Source: Octopus vulgaris
Taxonomy: Eukaryota
Assembly (NCBI GenBank): GCA_951406725.2
Contig: OX597820.1
Span: forward strand, 58,404,001 to 58,468,000
Direction of reading: 5' to 3'
Length of the DNA stretch: 64,000 nt
Below are positions 39,407-51,149 of the stretch, one piece after another. The position numbers and the translations under genes were made by a program. Position 1 is the stretch's first letter. The number at the start of each line of letters is the position of its first letter. The notes beneath the pieces are model-generated. The model was not told where the DNA came from. It did no database searches and saw only the letters and a program-made list of their open reading frames with translations.

Positions 39407-40377
39407 AAATACATTACTGCTCTAACCTTTAGAGTGTGCTTCTCTTTCGGATATATGATGCACTGACTATACACAAACATATACATATATACATACTTAC
39501 ATACATATATACATATGTGTGTGTATACATGCCTCCATGTGTGTCTGTGTGTGTGTACTTTTGGTGTGAGAGTTATGTTTAGCTAAGTAAAGTAAAGTTT
39601 CATTAATGCATGTATGAAGGAACTAAAATATTCCATAATAAAAGTATAAAAGAATGAAAGTATTCGATAATAATATTAAACCAATGGTCTAATCTATTGT
39701 TTATGTCTCTCGTTTTGTTGCTTCTTTGAACAAGCTCTTAATCTGACACGCCTCAATTGATTTAACTGCTGAGAATATAAGTTATATACTGATGTCATAT
39801 TCTTAAAGGCATTCATCTCTAGTCGATTTAACGCTACTGAATTCTCTGCTAAACACCGTCTTTGAGAGTCTGTGTAGATCGTGATATATCTATCATATTT
39901 TAATCAATTCCAAATAAACATTAATGCTATTCAGCTTGACCAGCCTCCTTCAACTTTTATGGATTCACAGAGTAAAGAATGTCTCTCTCACTCTCTCTCT
40001 CTCTCTTTCTCTATCTATCAATAAATCTATCTTGCTCTATTTCCCGTTTCCTTCTTTTCTATTCGAACTACGAAGGCATGAAATTAAATGAAAGCTAAGT
40101 GGTTATAAACAATAGGACTGATTTAGCATGCAGGACACTCATCTAAAGTAAATGTATACGAGTGGTTTATATGCCCATATGGTAGAGTCTCACATATATA
40201 ATATAGTGAATGGTGGGGAATCGATTAACTGTGGTTATCCTTGCAATTGTAGAATACAAACACCCTTAAGGAATGTTTTAAATCTAAAAACAAGCAAGGA
40301 AGATAATGCAGATATCAGCTAATCTACTGGAGGATAAAGACAAACAAATAGTAATAGAGTTGGCTTTCAAACCGCGT

Positions 40378-40418
40378 TGCTGGACGTGTTTCGATCTTGT
40401 TGGATCTCATCAGCGAGA
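40378..40418 (-). ncRNA. Minimal hammerhead motif, intact core, weak stem I
   Basis: CUGAUGA-GAUC-caacaa-GAUC-GAAAC-AC-GUC/CAGC. Confidence 0.65.
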
Positions 40419-40564
40419 CATGGTCATCTTAGTTGGCAGGATGACGATTTGATTAGTATAGAAATAGGGGCTAAGTAGGGTTGTACTGGTTATAAATCTC
40501 TATAATAGAACTGAAGGAAAAATACCACAGGGCACGTTCTGCATAAAATACACACACACACATG

Positions 40565-40606
<42 letters not shown>

Positions 40607-40809
40607 TGTGTGTGTATGTTGTACATTCTCATTATATGTAATTAGGTGAGTTGAAAAACTTCGATTAACTGACTTTATCCTTGCAATTAAGAAGTAAGAT
40701 TTCACTCCAGTGGGGGGAGGCAGTATGTGTGCGTTTGCTTGTGTGTGTGTATGTGTATTTATGCGTGAACGTGCGTGCGAGCGTGCGTGCGTGCATGTGT
40801 GTGTGTGTT

Positions 40810-40840
<31 letters not shown>

Positions 40841-40961
40841 ATTTATGCGTGTACGTGCGTGCGTGCAAGCGTGCGTGCGTGCATGTGTGTGTTTGTTTTT
40901 CTGTGTGTGTGTGTGCATGTGTGCGCGTGCGTATGTGTGTGTGTGTTTCAGTGTGTGTGTC

Positions 40962-41011
<50 letters not shown>

Positions 41012-41085
41012 TGTGTGTACGTGTGTGTGTGTGTGTGTCTGTGTGTTTTAATCTAAAGCAACGAACAAGGGAAGGGAGGATATAC

Positions 41086-41387
41086 CTTTTCTTCTCCGAA
41101 GGTGAAGTTATATTTTCTTTGAGCTACTTCTTTCACGTTCTTCTCAAATTCATCCCACTTCTCTCCATATTGAATGTAAAGCGACACTCGGAGTAAAGCT
41201 TCGAACGCCTTCTTAGCAATGATATCCTGGCCGTCCATTCTTTTCCAGTCATGGTTTCCAACGTATTCACCATCAAACAAAAACATGACTATGTCGATAA
41301 AGACATACTGACCGTCAATGTAACCCATATTGTAGGCTTCCAGTAGAAATTTCCTCTTCGTTTCTCCGGGAACTATTAAGAGAATTA
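41086..41387 (-). CDS. Receptor GC exon (ECD): [33 protein letters not shown]...FTFGEEK
   Basis: TAG acceptor, GTATAT donor, 302 nt, phase 1/0; G.YVF.DI and D..AK.AF.ALL motifs as in NPR ectodomains. Confidence 0.93.
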
Positions 41388-41467
41388 CTAAAAGAAAGGA
41401 AAATAAACATATATATATATATATAAATGTGTACTTACATATAAATGACCAAAGAGTACGTATGCCG

Positions 41468-41525
<58 letters not shown>

Positions 41526-42966
41526 GTGCACTTACATATAAGTGACCAAAGTTTACGTATGCCGCTATATATATAAAATACAAAATGGGACAAGGACGCA
41601 AAACATCCGGACAGCTAGGTGATACAAAAAGGGACAACAAGACATCCAGATAGACGATACATAGAAAACAAGGACGGGTCATTCGAAGTTTTCTTTCCTC
41701 AGTCAAGAACCAGATTATCTTCGCAATTTCGGCTTATTCTTGAGGTTGCTCCAATCTGGCCAGCCCCAAGGAAAAACTAAGCTAAGAGCATTAGATTCCT
41801 TGGAAGAAAGCAGCGAATGTATACAAAAACAAGGACGGAAAAAACGGACAATGTTACATAAATATAAATACAATAAAAATAAAAACAGGACATAACAACA
41901 GGTGTCTTTTGACTAAGGATGAATTGAATTAAGCCGTGTTTGGGAAATGAAGCCGTGCGGTTTCATTTCCTAAACACAGGGAAGAATATCGTGAACATTA
42001 TAAAGACAACCTCATTACAGTACAGTAAAGTTTCAATGTAATATAATGATTTCTGATTTAATCACAAGGCCAGCAATTTTAAGGTGAGGCGTTAGTGGCT
42101 AACATCGGCTACTGTAATTAATTGGTACTTTATTTTATTGATCCCTTTTGTCTTTTAAAGAAAATCATTGATGCCAAATGTTGGCGCAAAGTTAGCAATT
42201 TGGGGAAGGGATTAAGTCGATTACATCCACCCCAGAGCTCAGCAGCTAATTATTTTATCGATACCACGAAAAGATTAAAGGAAAATGAACTTCGGCGGAA
42301 TTTGAACTCAGAACGTAAAACCGGACGAAATTCTGTTGAACATCTTGCCCGGCGTGCTAACGAGTTTTATTTCTTTATTGCCCACAAGGGGCTAAACATA
42401 GAGCAGACAAACGGATTAAGTCGATTACATCGATCCCAGCGCGTAACTAGTACTTATTTAATCGACTCCGAAAGGATGAAAGGCAAAGTCGACCTCGGCG
42501 GAATTTGACCTCAGAACATAGCGCAGACGAAATACCTATTTCTTTATTACCCAAAAGGGGCTAAACACAGACAGGACAAACAAAGACAGACAAACGGATT
42601 AAGTCGATTATATCGACCCCAATGCGTAGCTGGTACTTATTTAATCGACCCCGAAAGTATGAAAGGCAAAGTCGACCTCGGCGGAATTTGAACTCAGAAC
42701 GTAACGGCAGACGAAAAACCGGTAAGCATTTCAACAAAAATATTAAATGTGATTTCTAGTATGGGTAGATGGACCAAAAGAAACCCAAAATTCTACGGAA
42801 ACGTGTAGTCGATTAAATTGGTTTCAATAGTGCTTGCTTACAAACCACATGGTTCCGGGTTCAGTCCCACTGCGTGGCACTTTGCGTAAGTGTCTTCTAC
42901 TATAGCCTCGGGCCGACCAAAGCCTTGTGAGTGGATTTGGTAGACGGAAACTGAAAGAACCTCGTC

Positions 42967-42997
<31 letters not shown>

Positions 42998-43040
42998 TAT
43001 ATGTGTGTGTGTGTGTGTATACACATATACATATATATAC

Positions 43041-43092
<52 letters not shown>

Positions 43093-43778
43093 GTATATAT
43101 GTATGTATGTGTGTATATACGTTTGTGAGTCTGTGTTTGTACCCCCAACATCGCTTGACAATCGATGCTGGTGTGTTTACGTCCTCGTAACTTAGCGGTT
43201 CAGCAAAAGAAAGCGATAGAATAAGTACTAGACTTACAAAGAATAAGTCCTGGAGTCGATTTGCTCGACTAAAGGCGGTGCTCCAGCATGGCCGCAGTCA
43301 AATGACTGAAACAAGTAAAAGAGATACTTTGTGATGTCGAGTCCAAAACAGATGAAAGATTGAGTTGGCCTCGGTGGGACTTGAAATCAAAATGTAAAGG
43401 ATATTAAATAAATGCTACAAGGAATTTTTGTCTAACATTCTAAGACACTCGTGAGCAACCCACGGTCCTCAGTTCTTTTTGAATGGCACGCCTGATGAAA
43501 AATTAGCTTGAATTTTTTTATAGCGCGGCCCGTCTGGTGTTGAGTCATGTTTCATGCAGCCATCTTCTCGAAAAGGGCTGCCAATGCCTCCAAGAATTCT
43601 GCAAATCCACATCATTGAAAATATTCATACGCACGTACACACAAACGGACACACACACACACACATACAAATACACACACACACATACAAATACACACAC
43701 ACACACATAGATACACAAATACGCACAACATTGAATATTAACGAGAATTCTTAATGGACGAAAGCTTTTTCTACTTAC

Positions 43779-44069
43779 TTCTGGATCTACTAGATGCTGA
43801 CCGTAAATAATAACCTAAGCTAGTGTTAAAAATTCCATTGAAAGAAATAACGTTCGGTTCAAAACCAGACTTCACAAGACCGTCTTTCAAGGTGTTTCCC
43901 AGCACATCCGAATTAGCGTCACTGACGTCATATATAAGTGAGACGTTTTTCCAATGGTAATAGCGGAAGACACTGGCGAGTACTCGGCGGATTCTACACT
44001 GGCAAAACGACATTCGGGTCATCGTTGTATAAATGGTTTTGTTTTTGAACTTTCCATTATCACCAAGAC
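43779..44069 (-). CDS. Receptor GC exon (ECD): GLGDNGKFKNKTIYTTMTRMSFCQCR...SASSRSR
   Basis: CAG acceptor, GTAAGT donor, 291 nt, phase 1/1. Confidence 0.93.
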
Positions 44070-44091
44070 CTGAAAAAAAGTAATAATAATG

Positions 44092-44853
44092 ATTTCAAAT
44101 TTTGGTCCAAAGCTAGCAATATCAGGAGGAGATGGGAGAAATCGATTACATTGACCCCAGTACTCGACTGGTACTTATTTTATCAACCCCAAAATTGATG
44201 AAAGGCAAAGTCGACCTGGACGGAATTTGAACTCAGAAAGTAGCGGCAAGCGAAATACCTATTTCTTTACTCCCCACAAGGGGTTAAACACAGAAGGGAC
44301 AAACAAGAACAGACAAACGGATTAAGTCGATTATATCTACCTCAGTGCGTAACTGGTACTTATTTAATCGACTCCGAAAGGATGAAAGGCAAAGTCGACC
44401 TCGACGGAATTTGAACTCAGAACGTAGCGGCAAGCGAAATATCTATTTCTTTACTACCCACAAGGGGCTAAACACAGAAGGGACGACAGACAAACGGATT
44501 AAGTCGATTATATCGACCCAAATGCGTAACTGGTACTTCTTTAATCGACCCCGAAAGGATGAAAGGCAAAGTCGACCTGGACGGAATTTGAACTCAGAAC
44601 GTAGCGGCAAGCGAAATACCTATTTCTTTACTACCCACAAGGGGCTAAACATAAAAGGGACAAACAAGGACAGACACACGGATTAAGTCGATTACATCGA
44701 CCCCAGTGCGTACTGGTACTTCTTTAATCGACCCCGAAAGGATGAAAGGCAAAGTCGACCTCGACGGAATTTGAACTCAGAACGTAACGGCAGACGAAAT
44801 AACGCTAAACATTTCGCTCGACGTGCTAACGATTCTGCAGTATCGCGGCCTTA
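44092..44853 (-). mobile_element. SINE family C with tandemly amplified body (about 180-bp unit); similar arrays at about 35425-35843 and 42170-42730, single copies at about 4122-4322 +, 29160-29380 -, 33805-34010 -
   Basis: Unit landmarks at 44251, 44435, 44612 and 44795; tRNA-like head at one end only; core GTCGACTTTGCCTTTCATCCTTTCGGGGTCGAT. Confidence 0.85.
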
Positions 44854-44855
44854 AA

Positions 44856-44960
44856 AAGAAGAAGAAGAAGAAGAAGAAGAAGAAGAAGAAGAAGAAGAAG
44901 AAGAAGAAGAAGAAGAAGAAGAAGAAGAAGAAGAAGAAGAAGAAGAAGAAGAAGAAGAAG
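44856..44960. repeat. (GAA)n microsatellite
   Basis: Direct inspection. Confidence 0.95.
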
Positions 44961-46566
44961 ATCATAAAGGAGCTAGAACCAGCGAGGAGCTACAAGTACC
45001 TAGGAGTATTTGAAGGCGATGGAATCAAGCATTCGATGATGAGGGAAAAGATCAGAAAAGAATGTTATCGCAGGGTAAGGGCAATACCCAAGACAGCTAA
45101 ACGCAAGCAACAAGATCGAAGCGATCAATACTTTAGCCATACCAGACCGGTCGTGACTTAAGGTTTCAATATTATTAACTAGTCAATTACTGAAATCTTG
45201 GCAGAAAAATACGAAAATTGTTCACAAAGCATAGAATGCACCACCATAACGCAGATAGAACGACTTTACCTGCCAAGAAAAGAAGGCTGTGGACTTTTAC
45301 AACTGTAATTAACAATGACTACCACAACTGGCCTAAACACCTACCTGAAAAACTCTGATGACTGGATGTTAAAACTTGTCTTAAAGCATGAAAACAAGAA
45401 AACATCATACTCAGTAATAAAACAGGCAAAGAAATATCTAAGTAAATTCCAAATACAACAATCCCAGAATTAGACCTGCTGGAAACCAACACAGAAGAAG
45501 TTAAGCGTATAAAAACTCGTGCTAAAACTGCTACCTTCGATGCTCTTACTGATAAGTGACAAGAAAAACCTCTCAATGGCAAATACCCATAGAGAGCTAC
45601 TAATGTCGATGTTGACAAAGCCCTTACCCATCAATGGTTAGTATCTTCTGGCTTAGAATCAGAGACAGAAGGGTTTATCATAGCAGCCCAAGATCAATGC
45701 CTACCTACAAGAAGCTTGCAGGCCAACATCTTAAAGAACGTCAGTAGCCCAATACGTCGTGTATGTAAACAACAAAATGAAACCATCGATCATGTTGTCT
45801 CCATGTGCAGTCTTCTTGCGTCTACAAAGTATCTGAACGAGCATAATAGAGCAGCACAGTATATTCACTGGGTAATTTGCAAAGACTTGGACCTTCCCCA
45901 CTATAAAAACTGTTGGGAACACTCCTTTGAAACTTCACTGACAGGAAGATAGATGCAAATAGGCCAGACATTATAGTGAAAAACTTCAGACAAAAACCAT
46001 GCCTCTTCATCGATATGACTGTCCTAATCGATATAAATGTATCTGTCAAGACCTACCAAAAACTGAGCAAATATAAAGATCTTGAAATAGAAATTGGAAA
46101 AAAAAATGGAGCCTCAAGACTAAAACAATACCTGTTGTCATAGATGCCCTAAGAATGATAGCAAAGGGGTGATATTGTTACCTAGCTCAGATACCAGGAA
46201 ATCCAAAATTGAAGAAATTCAAAAAATAGTGTTCATGAGAACTGCCCATATCCTATGTAAAATATTGTTTATATAATCCCAAAAATATTTTTATCCGTAA
46301 ACTGTCAAAATACTTTTAACTGTACATAACAGCAAATACCTTTTACTGTCATCTTAATATCAGACTATCATCTTATAATCAAATTACTTTTAAAACAAAC
46401 TTCCAGTTTACTTATATTTTGACAGACATTCTCTAGAACAATACTCTGTGCAAAACCAAATATATAGCACTTTCGTCATAATACCAACTTGAACTTCTAA
46501 CTTGTCTCTTGAGGTGTCTGGGTGAGACTTGGAGTCAATTTGTATAAATACAAAGAAAAGCCAAAC

Positions 46567-46570
<4 letters not shown>
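44961..46570 (+). mobile_element. Decayed 5'-truncated R4/Dong-like LINE (restriction-like endonuclease type) between (GAA)n and (TAA)n
   Basis: YKYLG, RLYLPRKEG, SETEGFIIAAQDQ, C..ETIDHVVS.C, RPDI and K..KYKDL motifs across frames; followed by a long (TAA)n. Confidence 0.8.

Positions 46571-46660
<90 letters not shown>
46570..46660. repeat. (TAA)n microsatellite
   Basis: Direct inspection. Confidence 0.95.
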
Positions 46661-46679
46661 TTATAATTTATGTTAAGTT

Positions 46680-47560
46680 ACCTTTCCCCCTCCTGCAGTC
46701 TCTAAGTACAGTTTTATCCATCAAGAGTTGATCCTTGGTACCTTTGCACTTACGCTTGCAACCCTTCTGCTCATGTGGCAGGACTCCATTTTATTTTTCT
46801 AGATGTCCGTACATTGACTCTGCGAGTATTCCAGTCAATAACTTCCACATAAGTGGCAAACAGGATATCGACCTGTAATTGTCTACCGTATTGCCTTTTT
46901 CGATGTTTTTCAGGCACAGCACTGTCCTACCCAACTCTGGTGTTATTTGGTCGGCATTTAACATGGTGTTGCGTTATGCAGCTATTCGTGCATGACATTC
47001 ACCAAATCTTTTGATTCAGTAACCTTGAACTCCATCTGGTCCCGGGGCCTTCACGTTGCTCATTTTTTTGCTGATTTCCTTCACTTCCCTAACTGAAATG
47101 ACCAGTTCTGCCTGTTTTGGACAGACTACTGTTTGTTTTAGGTCTTGCAACCATTCAGCATCCTTCTTGTGCTCCTTGTCCTTTGTTCCAGATGTCACTG
47201 CAAAACGTTTGACTTTCAATATTATATGGTATCAACTTTTCATCTGTACACTTCATTTATTTCTTTATAAAATCTCTTCTGGTTTACTCTGAATAGCCTA
47301 TTCTGGTGGTAACCCTACATTCTTTGGTCGTATCTTACCATCTTTGCTTTCTTTGCAACGAGGCGCTGTTTCAGTTTCTCCATAATCACTTTTAGGCCCT
47401 TTCTTTCAATATTATACTTCCTTTTCAGCGCCCTGTATTTTTGTTCGCATTTAAGCTCCCCTTTTTCTTTTTGGTCTAACACAGAGATTTCCTTCGAGAG
47501 CATGTCTAACCCTGCCTGGATTCTTCTTTTCCACCATGGATCTTTTCTTTTGTCACTGGA
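46680..47560 (-). mobile_element. R4/Dong-like LINE reverse transcriptase fragment
   Basis: PWWKRRI, KAPGPDGVQGY, CLP..WKLLTGI and [15 protein letters not shown] motifs. Confidence 0.7.
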
Positions 47561-47885
47561 GGTCGAGACCAAACCAGACCCCGAGCAGTTTAACTGTCCG
47601 TCGGTCCAGCGTCCGACAACGCCGTCCGATGGCATCGTCCTGCTTCTCCAGGAGTACAACCACAAACCCACCGATTTGACGGCGTTGATTTTAGCCCCTG
47701 CAACCGACTCACATTCCTTTATGATGGTACCGACCGTCCCCACTTCGGAGGCGTCCGACACCATGACGGTGACATCGTTCGTGTATGCCAACACTGCCCT
47801 TCCTTGTCCTAGTTCGAAAGGAATGCCCCTTAGCTGTTCCAACTTCTGCAGCTGTGACTCAAGAGTCAATACGTACAGAAATGCC
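47560..47885 (-). mobile_element. L1/Tx1-like reverse transcriptase fragment
   Basis: LTLE..L..LRGI..AYTNDVTV (degenerate YADD), GAKINAVKS. Confidence 0.6.
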
Positions 47886-47899
47886 CTGATGCAGTATCA

Positions 47900-48437
47900 G
47901 GCAGTGGCTCTCATGGCTTCTGATCTTAACTGATTGGAAGTGTTATCATGTCCATTGTTTTGTCTTGGTATAAAAGATGGGCTACAGCAAATATTGTGCT
48001 CAATACCAAAAATTTGTTTGTCAGTTGCTTGACCTTAATCGGTTGAGCATGTTCCTTAGTGGCTGATGATATATGCATCTCTGATCATGAGCAGAAGTAG
48101 TGAGGGAGCATCATAGCCATGTGTTGAGAAGAGTTCTTTGGGGTTTGAATAATTCACCTCTGAAAACATGGGTGTTTCGCTCATCATACTTAAACAAACC
48201 TTATTCAGGGACCTTTTGAGCGGGATGGGCCAGTCAACCTAAAGAAAATTCTAACTGGGCCCCAACTGCAAAGTCATGCACTGTTTATTTTGATATAAGA
48301 TCACTATGTCGCGCACATATGGTTGTGATGCATGTGTCTGGTGTACCCTTATCAGGCGAGTAGTCATGATGGGTATATTGGACTTCATATATTTGTACCC
48401 CAATGTCACTTTGGTGGCATACGCTGCTCTCTCACTC

Positions 48438-48536
<99 letters not shown>

Positions 48537-48572
48537 GATGATGATGACGACGACGACGACGACGACGACGAC

Positions 48573-48615
<43 letters not shown>

Positions 48616-48990
48616 GATAATGATGACGACGACGACGATGATGATGATGATGGTAACAATAATAGTCTTCTGATCTTAACTGTTTGGAAGTGTTATCATA
48701 TACATTGTTTTGACTTGGTATAAAATATGGGCTACAACAAATATTCTGCTCAATACCACAGATTTGCCTGTCAGTTATTTGACCTTAACCAGTTGAGCAT
48801 GTTCCTTAGTGACTGACGATATGTGCATCTCTGATCACGAGCAGAAGTAGTGGGGGAGCATCATAGCCATGTGTTGAGAGGAATTCTTTGGGGTTTAGGA
48901 TAATTCACCTTTTGAAACATGGGTGTTTCGTTCAACATCCTTAAACAACCCTTATTCAAGGACCTTTTGTGCAGGATAGGCTACTCAACC
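47900..48990 (+). repeat. Two copies of an unclassified interspersed repeat (about 47900-48436 and 48668-48990) separated by a compound (TAA)/(TGA)/(CGA) microsatellite
   Basis: Direct similarity starting CTTCTGATCTTAACTG..GGAAGTGTTATCAT. Confidence 0.7.
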
Positions 48991-50262
48991 TGACTAACGG
49001 CTTAGTCAAAGACGCAGAGAAACCACTTGCTCTATTTTCTATTTGCTTGATCTGGAAAAAGGAGCAGTACCACGACTTTTGCAACCCTCCAGGAACGGTG
49101 TGACAGAGGCGGTTAATGCTTTGCTTAAACTGTTACAAGTTAACACCTGCAACTAGGACATGAGAAGGAAGGTGATTTTAGAGGAAGGAACGGGAATAAT
49201 AGTAGTGTGGGTTTGGAAGTGAAAACAATAAGGTTGACTAGAGGTGGAAAGTCAAGAGTGATGGGAGTGCTTAAATGGAAGATACACAAGACAGAACCAT
49301 CAAAGCATTGGTAGAATATAAAGAATACAGAGAATGATAGTGAGAGGAGACAGCACACCTACAGGCCGGAGGTTGCAGTGTTACTGTGACTGATAACAGG
49401 ATTTGAATCAATATGATGGTAATCAACTTCCATTCTTCATATAGTAATTCAATTGTGTGCTCTCGTATTGTCTCCCACCAAGTACTTATATTTGAACTTA
49501 ATATTTCTTGATCACAAAACCCTCATTACTGCCTGACGTGCCAACGAGGGATCCTCTTCGTAGTCGCTCAACCTGTTGGAAATAGCAAGCAAATTCCCCC
49601 TAATCACAACTCCACTGTCTTAAAAAAAGAGAAGTAGGACATAACGTAGTCCTAGAGATACATTAAAATTGGATGGCCACGATTGGAGCACCTTTGATCA
49701 TAGATGTGCTCAATCAAGGCTAACCAGGATTTAACAACAGCATATCACCCTATGGAGCTTTCATTGAACTTAACTTTGAAACGGATGTTAAATGTAATGA
49801 ACATATCGCAACGCTGGTCTCAATGAAAATATTTACCATTTGCTATCCACGTTTTAATAGACAACTAACAAGCAATAAATCGGGTTAAATCACCATTATA
49901 TGCAGCAGAAGCATTGTGAATGTATCGAGTGCTTATTGAAAATTTTCAAGAGAGCTTTCAGAAAATAAACGTACATTGCCGAGTTATGTAATAAGCAAGT
50001 GTGTCCAATTGTAAGAGTAGGATTCTAGCAAACAGAATCCACGAAGCTGTTTCTAATCTCGAAGGAAAGAAGTTTACATCCATCTTGTGTCACTAATACT
50101 CCAAATTACCCTCTAAAAATTATATATCTTTTATCTTCTATGCTCTACAGGAAAAGACAATGGATGAGGCAGGCCAGTATATCCTACTGAGAGATACAAT
50201 GACGTCATCGCAAGCTAACTCCTGACGCACCACTAATAAAAAGAAATAAAATAGCAACTTAC

Positions 50263-50382
50263 CTGTAATTAACGGAATATTCCAATACGATGCCATGAGG
50301 CTGGTCGGTTCGACGGCATATGTACAGGCTGGACCGAGGAATGCTACGATTTTATCGTGGTAGAACAACTCGGCTGCCATGC
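50263..50382 (-). CDS. Receptor GC exon (ECD): GMAAELFYHDKIVAFLGPACTYAVEPTSLMASYWNIPLIT
   Basis: TAG acceptor, GTAAG donor, 120 nt, phase 1/1; AFLGP.C and A.YWN.PLIT motifs of ANF-receptor domains. Confidence 0.93.
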
Positions 50383-50554
50383 CTAGATAATGAAATTTAA
50401 AAAAGAAAATTATATATTAAATAGCTGCTTTAATGACACGTACAGATGCGTATGTATTTTCACGCATATGAATACATATACACTCAAATACATGCACACT
50501 GAAAACTCACATATATTAACTCATAAAATCGAATAAAAACACACAGATGCATTA

Positions 50555-50895
50555 CTGAAACCCCCTTCGGTCATGACTGACCATGGATTGCACCTAGAAA
50601 GTTACCCTCCCAGGCACAAGTCCAGGCAAGGTCTTTTTTTATGGAAGACCAGCAGTCGCCCATGCATACCGGCCTCCCCTCTCTACACCACCAGTGTTAT
50701 CCAAGGGAAAGGCAAAGGCCGATATAGCTTGGCACCTGTGACGTCGCAACTCATTTCTACAGCTCAGTGAACAGGAACAATGTAAAATAACGTGTCTTGC
50801 TCAAGAACACAACAAGCAGCCCGGTCCGGGATTCGAACTCACAACCTCACGACCGTAAGCTTGACGCTCTAACCACTGAGGCATGCGCCTTCACC
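50555..50895 (-). mobile_element. tRNA-derived SINE; related SINE-like pieces at about 37020-37415, 57150-57325 and 62895-63250
   Basis: Minus-strand head GGTGAAGGCGCATGCCTCAGTGGTTAGAGCG..GAGTTCGAATCCC with A/B boxes. Confidence 0.65.
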
Positions 50896-51149
50896 GGACA
50901 CATTACACATCAAGATAACATCTATACTGAAAATAGTAGCAAATTCTTCCTTTAATTACATTTCATTATCTCGAAAGAGGGAACATATAAGATAACGGAT
51001 TTCTGGACACACTTAAAAAATATTGGGTGGTCCTAGTTGAACTGTCCTGGGGTTAAACAACAACAACAGTTGGTTCTCGTTGAAACAAGGACATAGAAGC
51101 ACTTGATATGGGCTTGTGATGGATGGATGGATACCGACTAAAAGGGTTT

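Noticed and set aside
41936-41977. Short hairpin of about 20 bp (possible pre-miRNA or terminator)
   Set aside because: Too short for a pre-miRNA and located at the end of a repeat remnant; probably an insertion-associated inversion.
44777-44965. Poly-K/poly-F ORFs, and poly-N/D/I/R/E ORFs at 48306-48723 and 54128-54469
   Set aside because: Trinucleotide repeats with no coding evidence.
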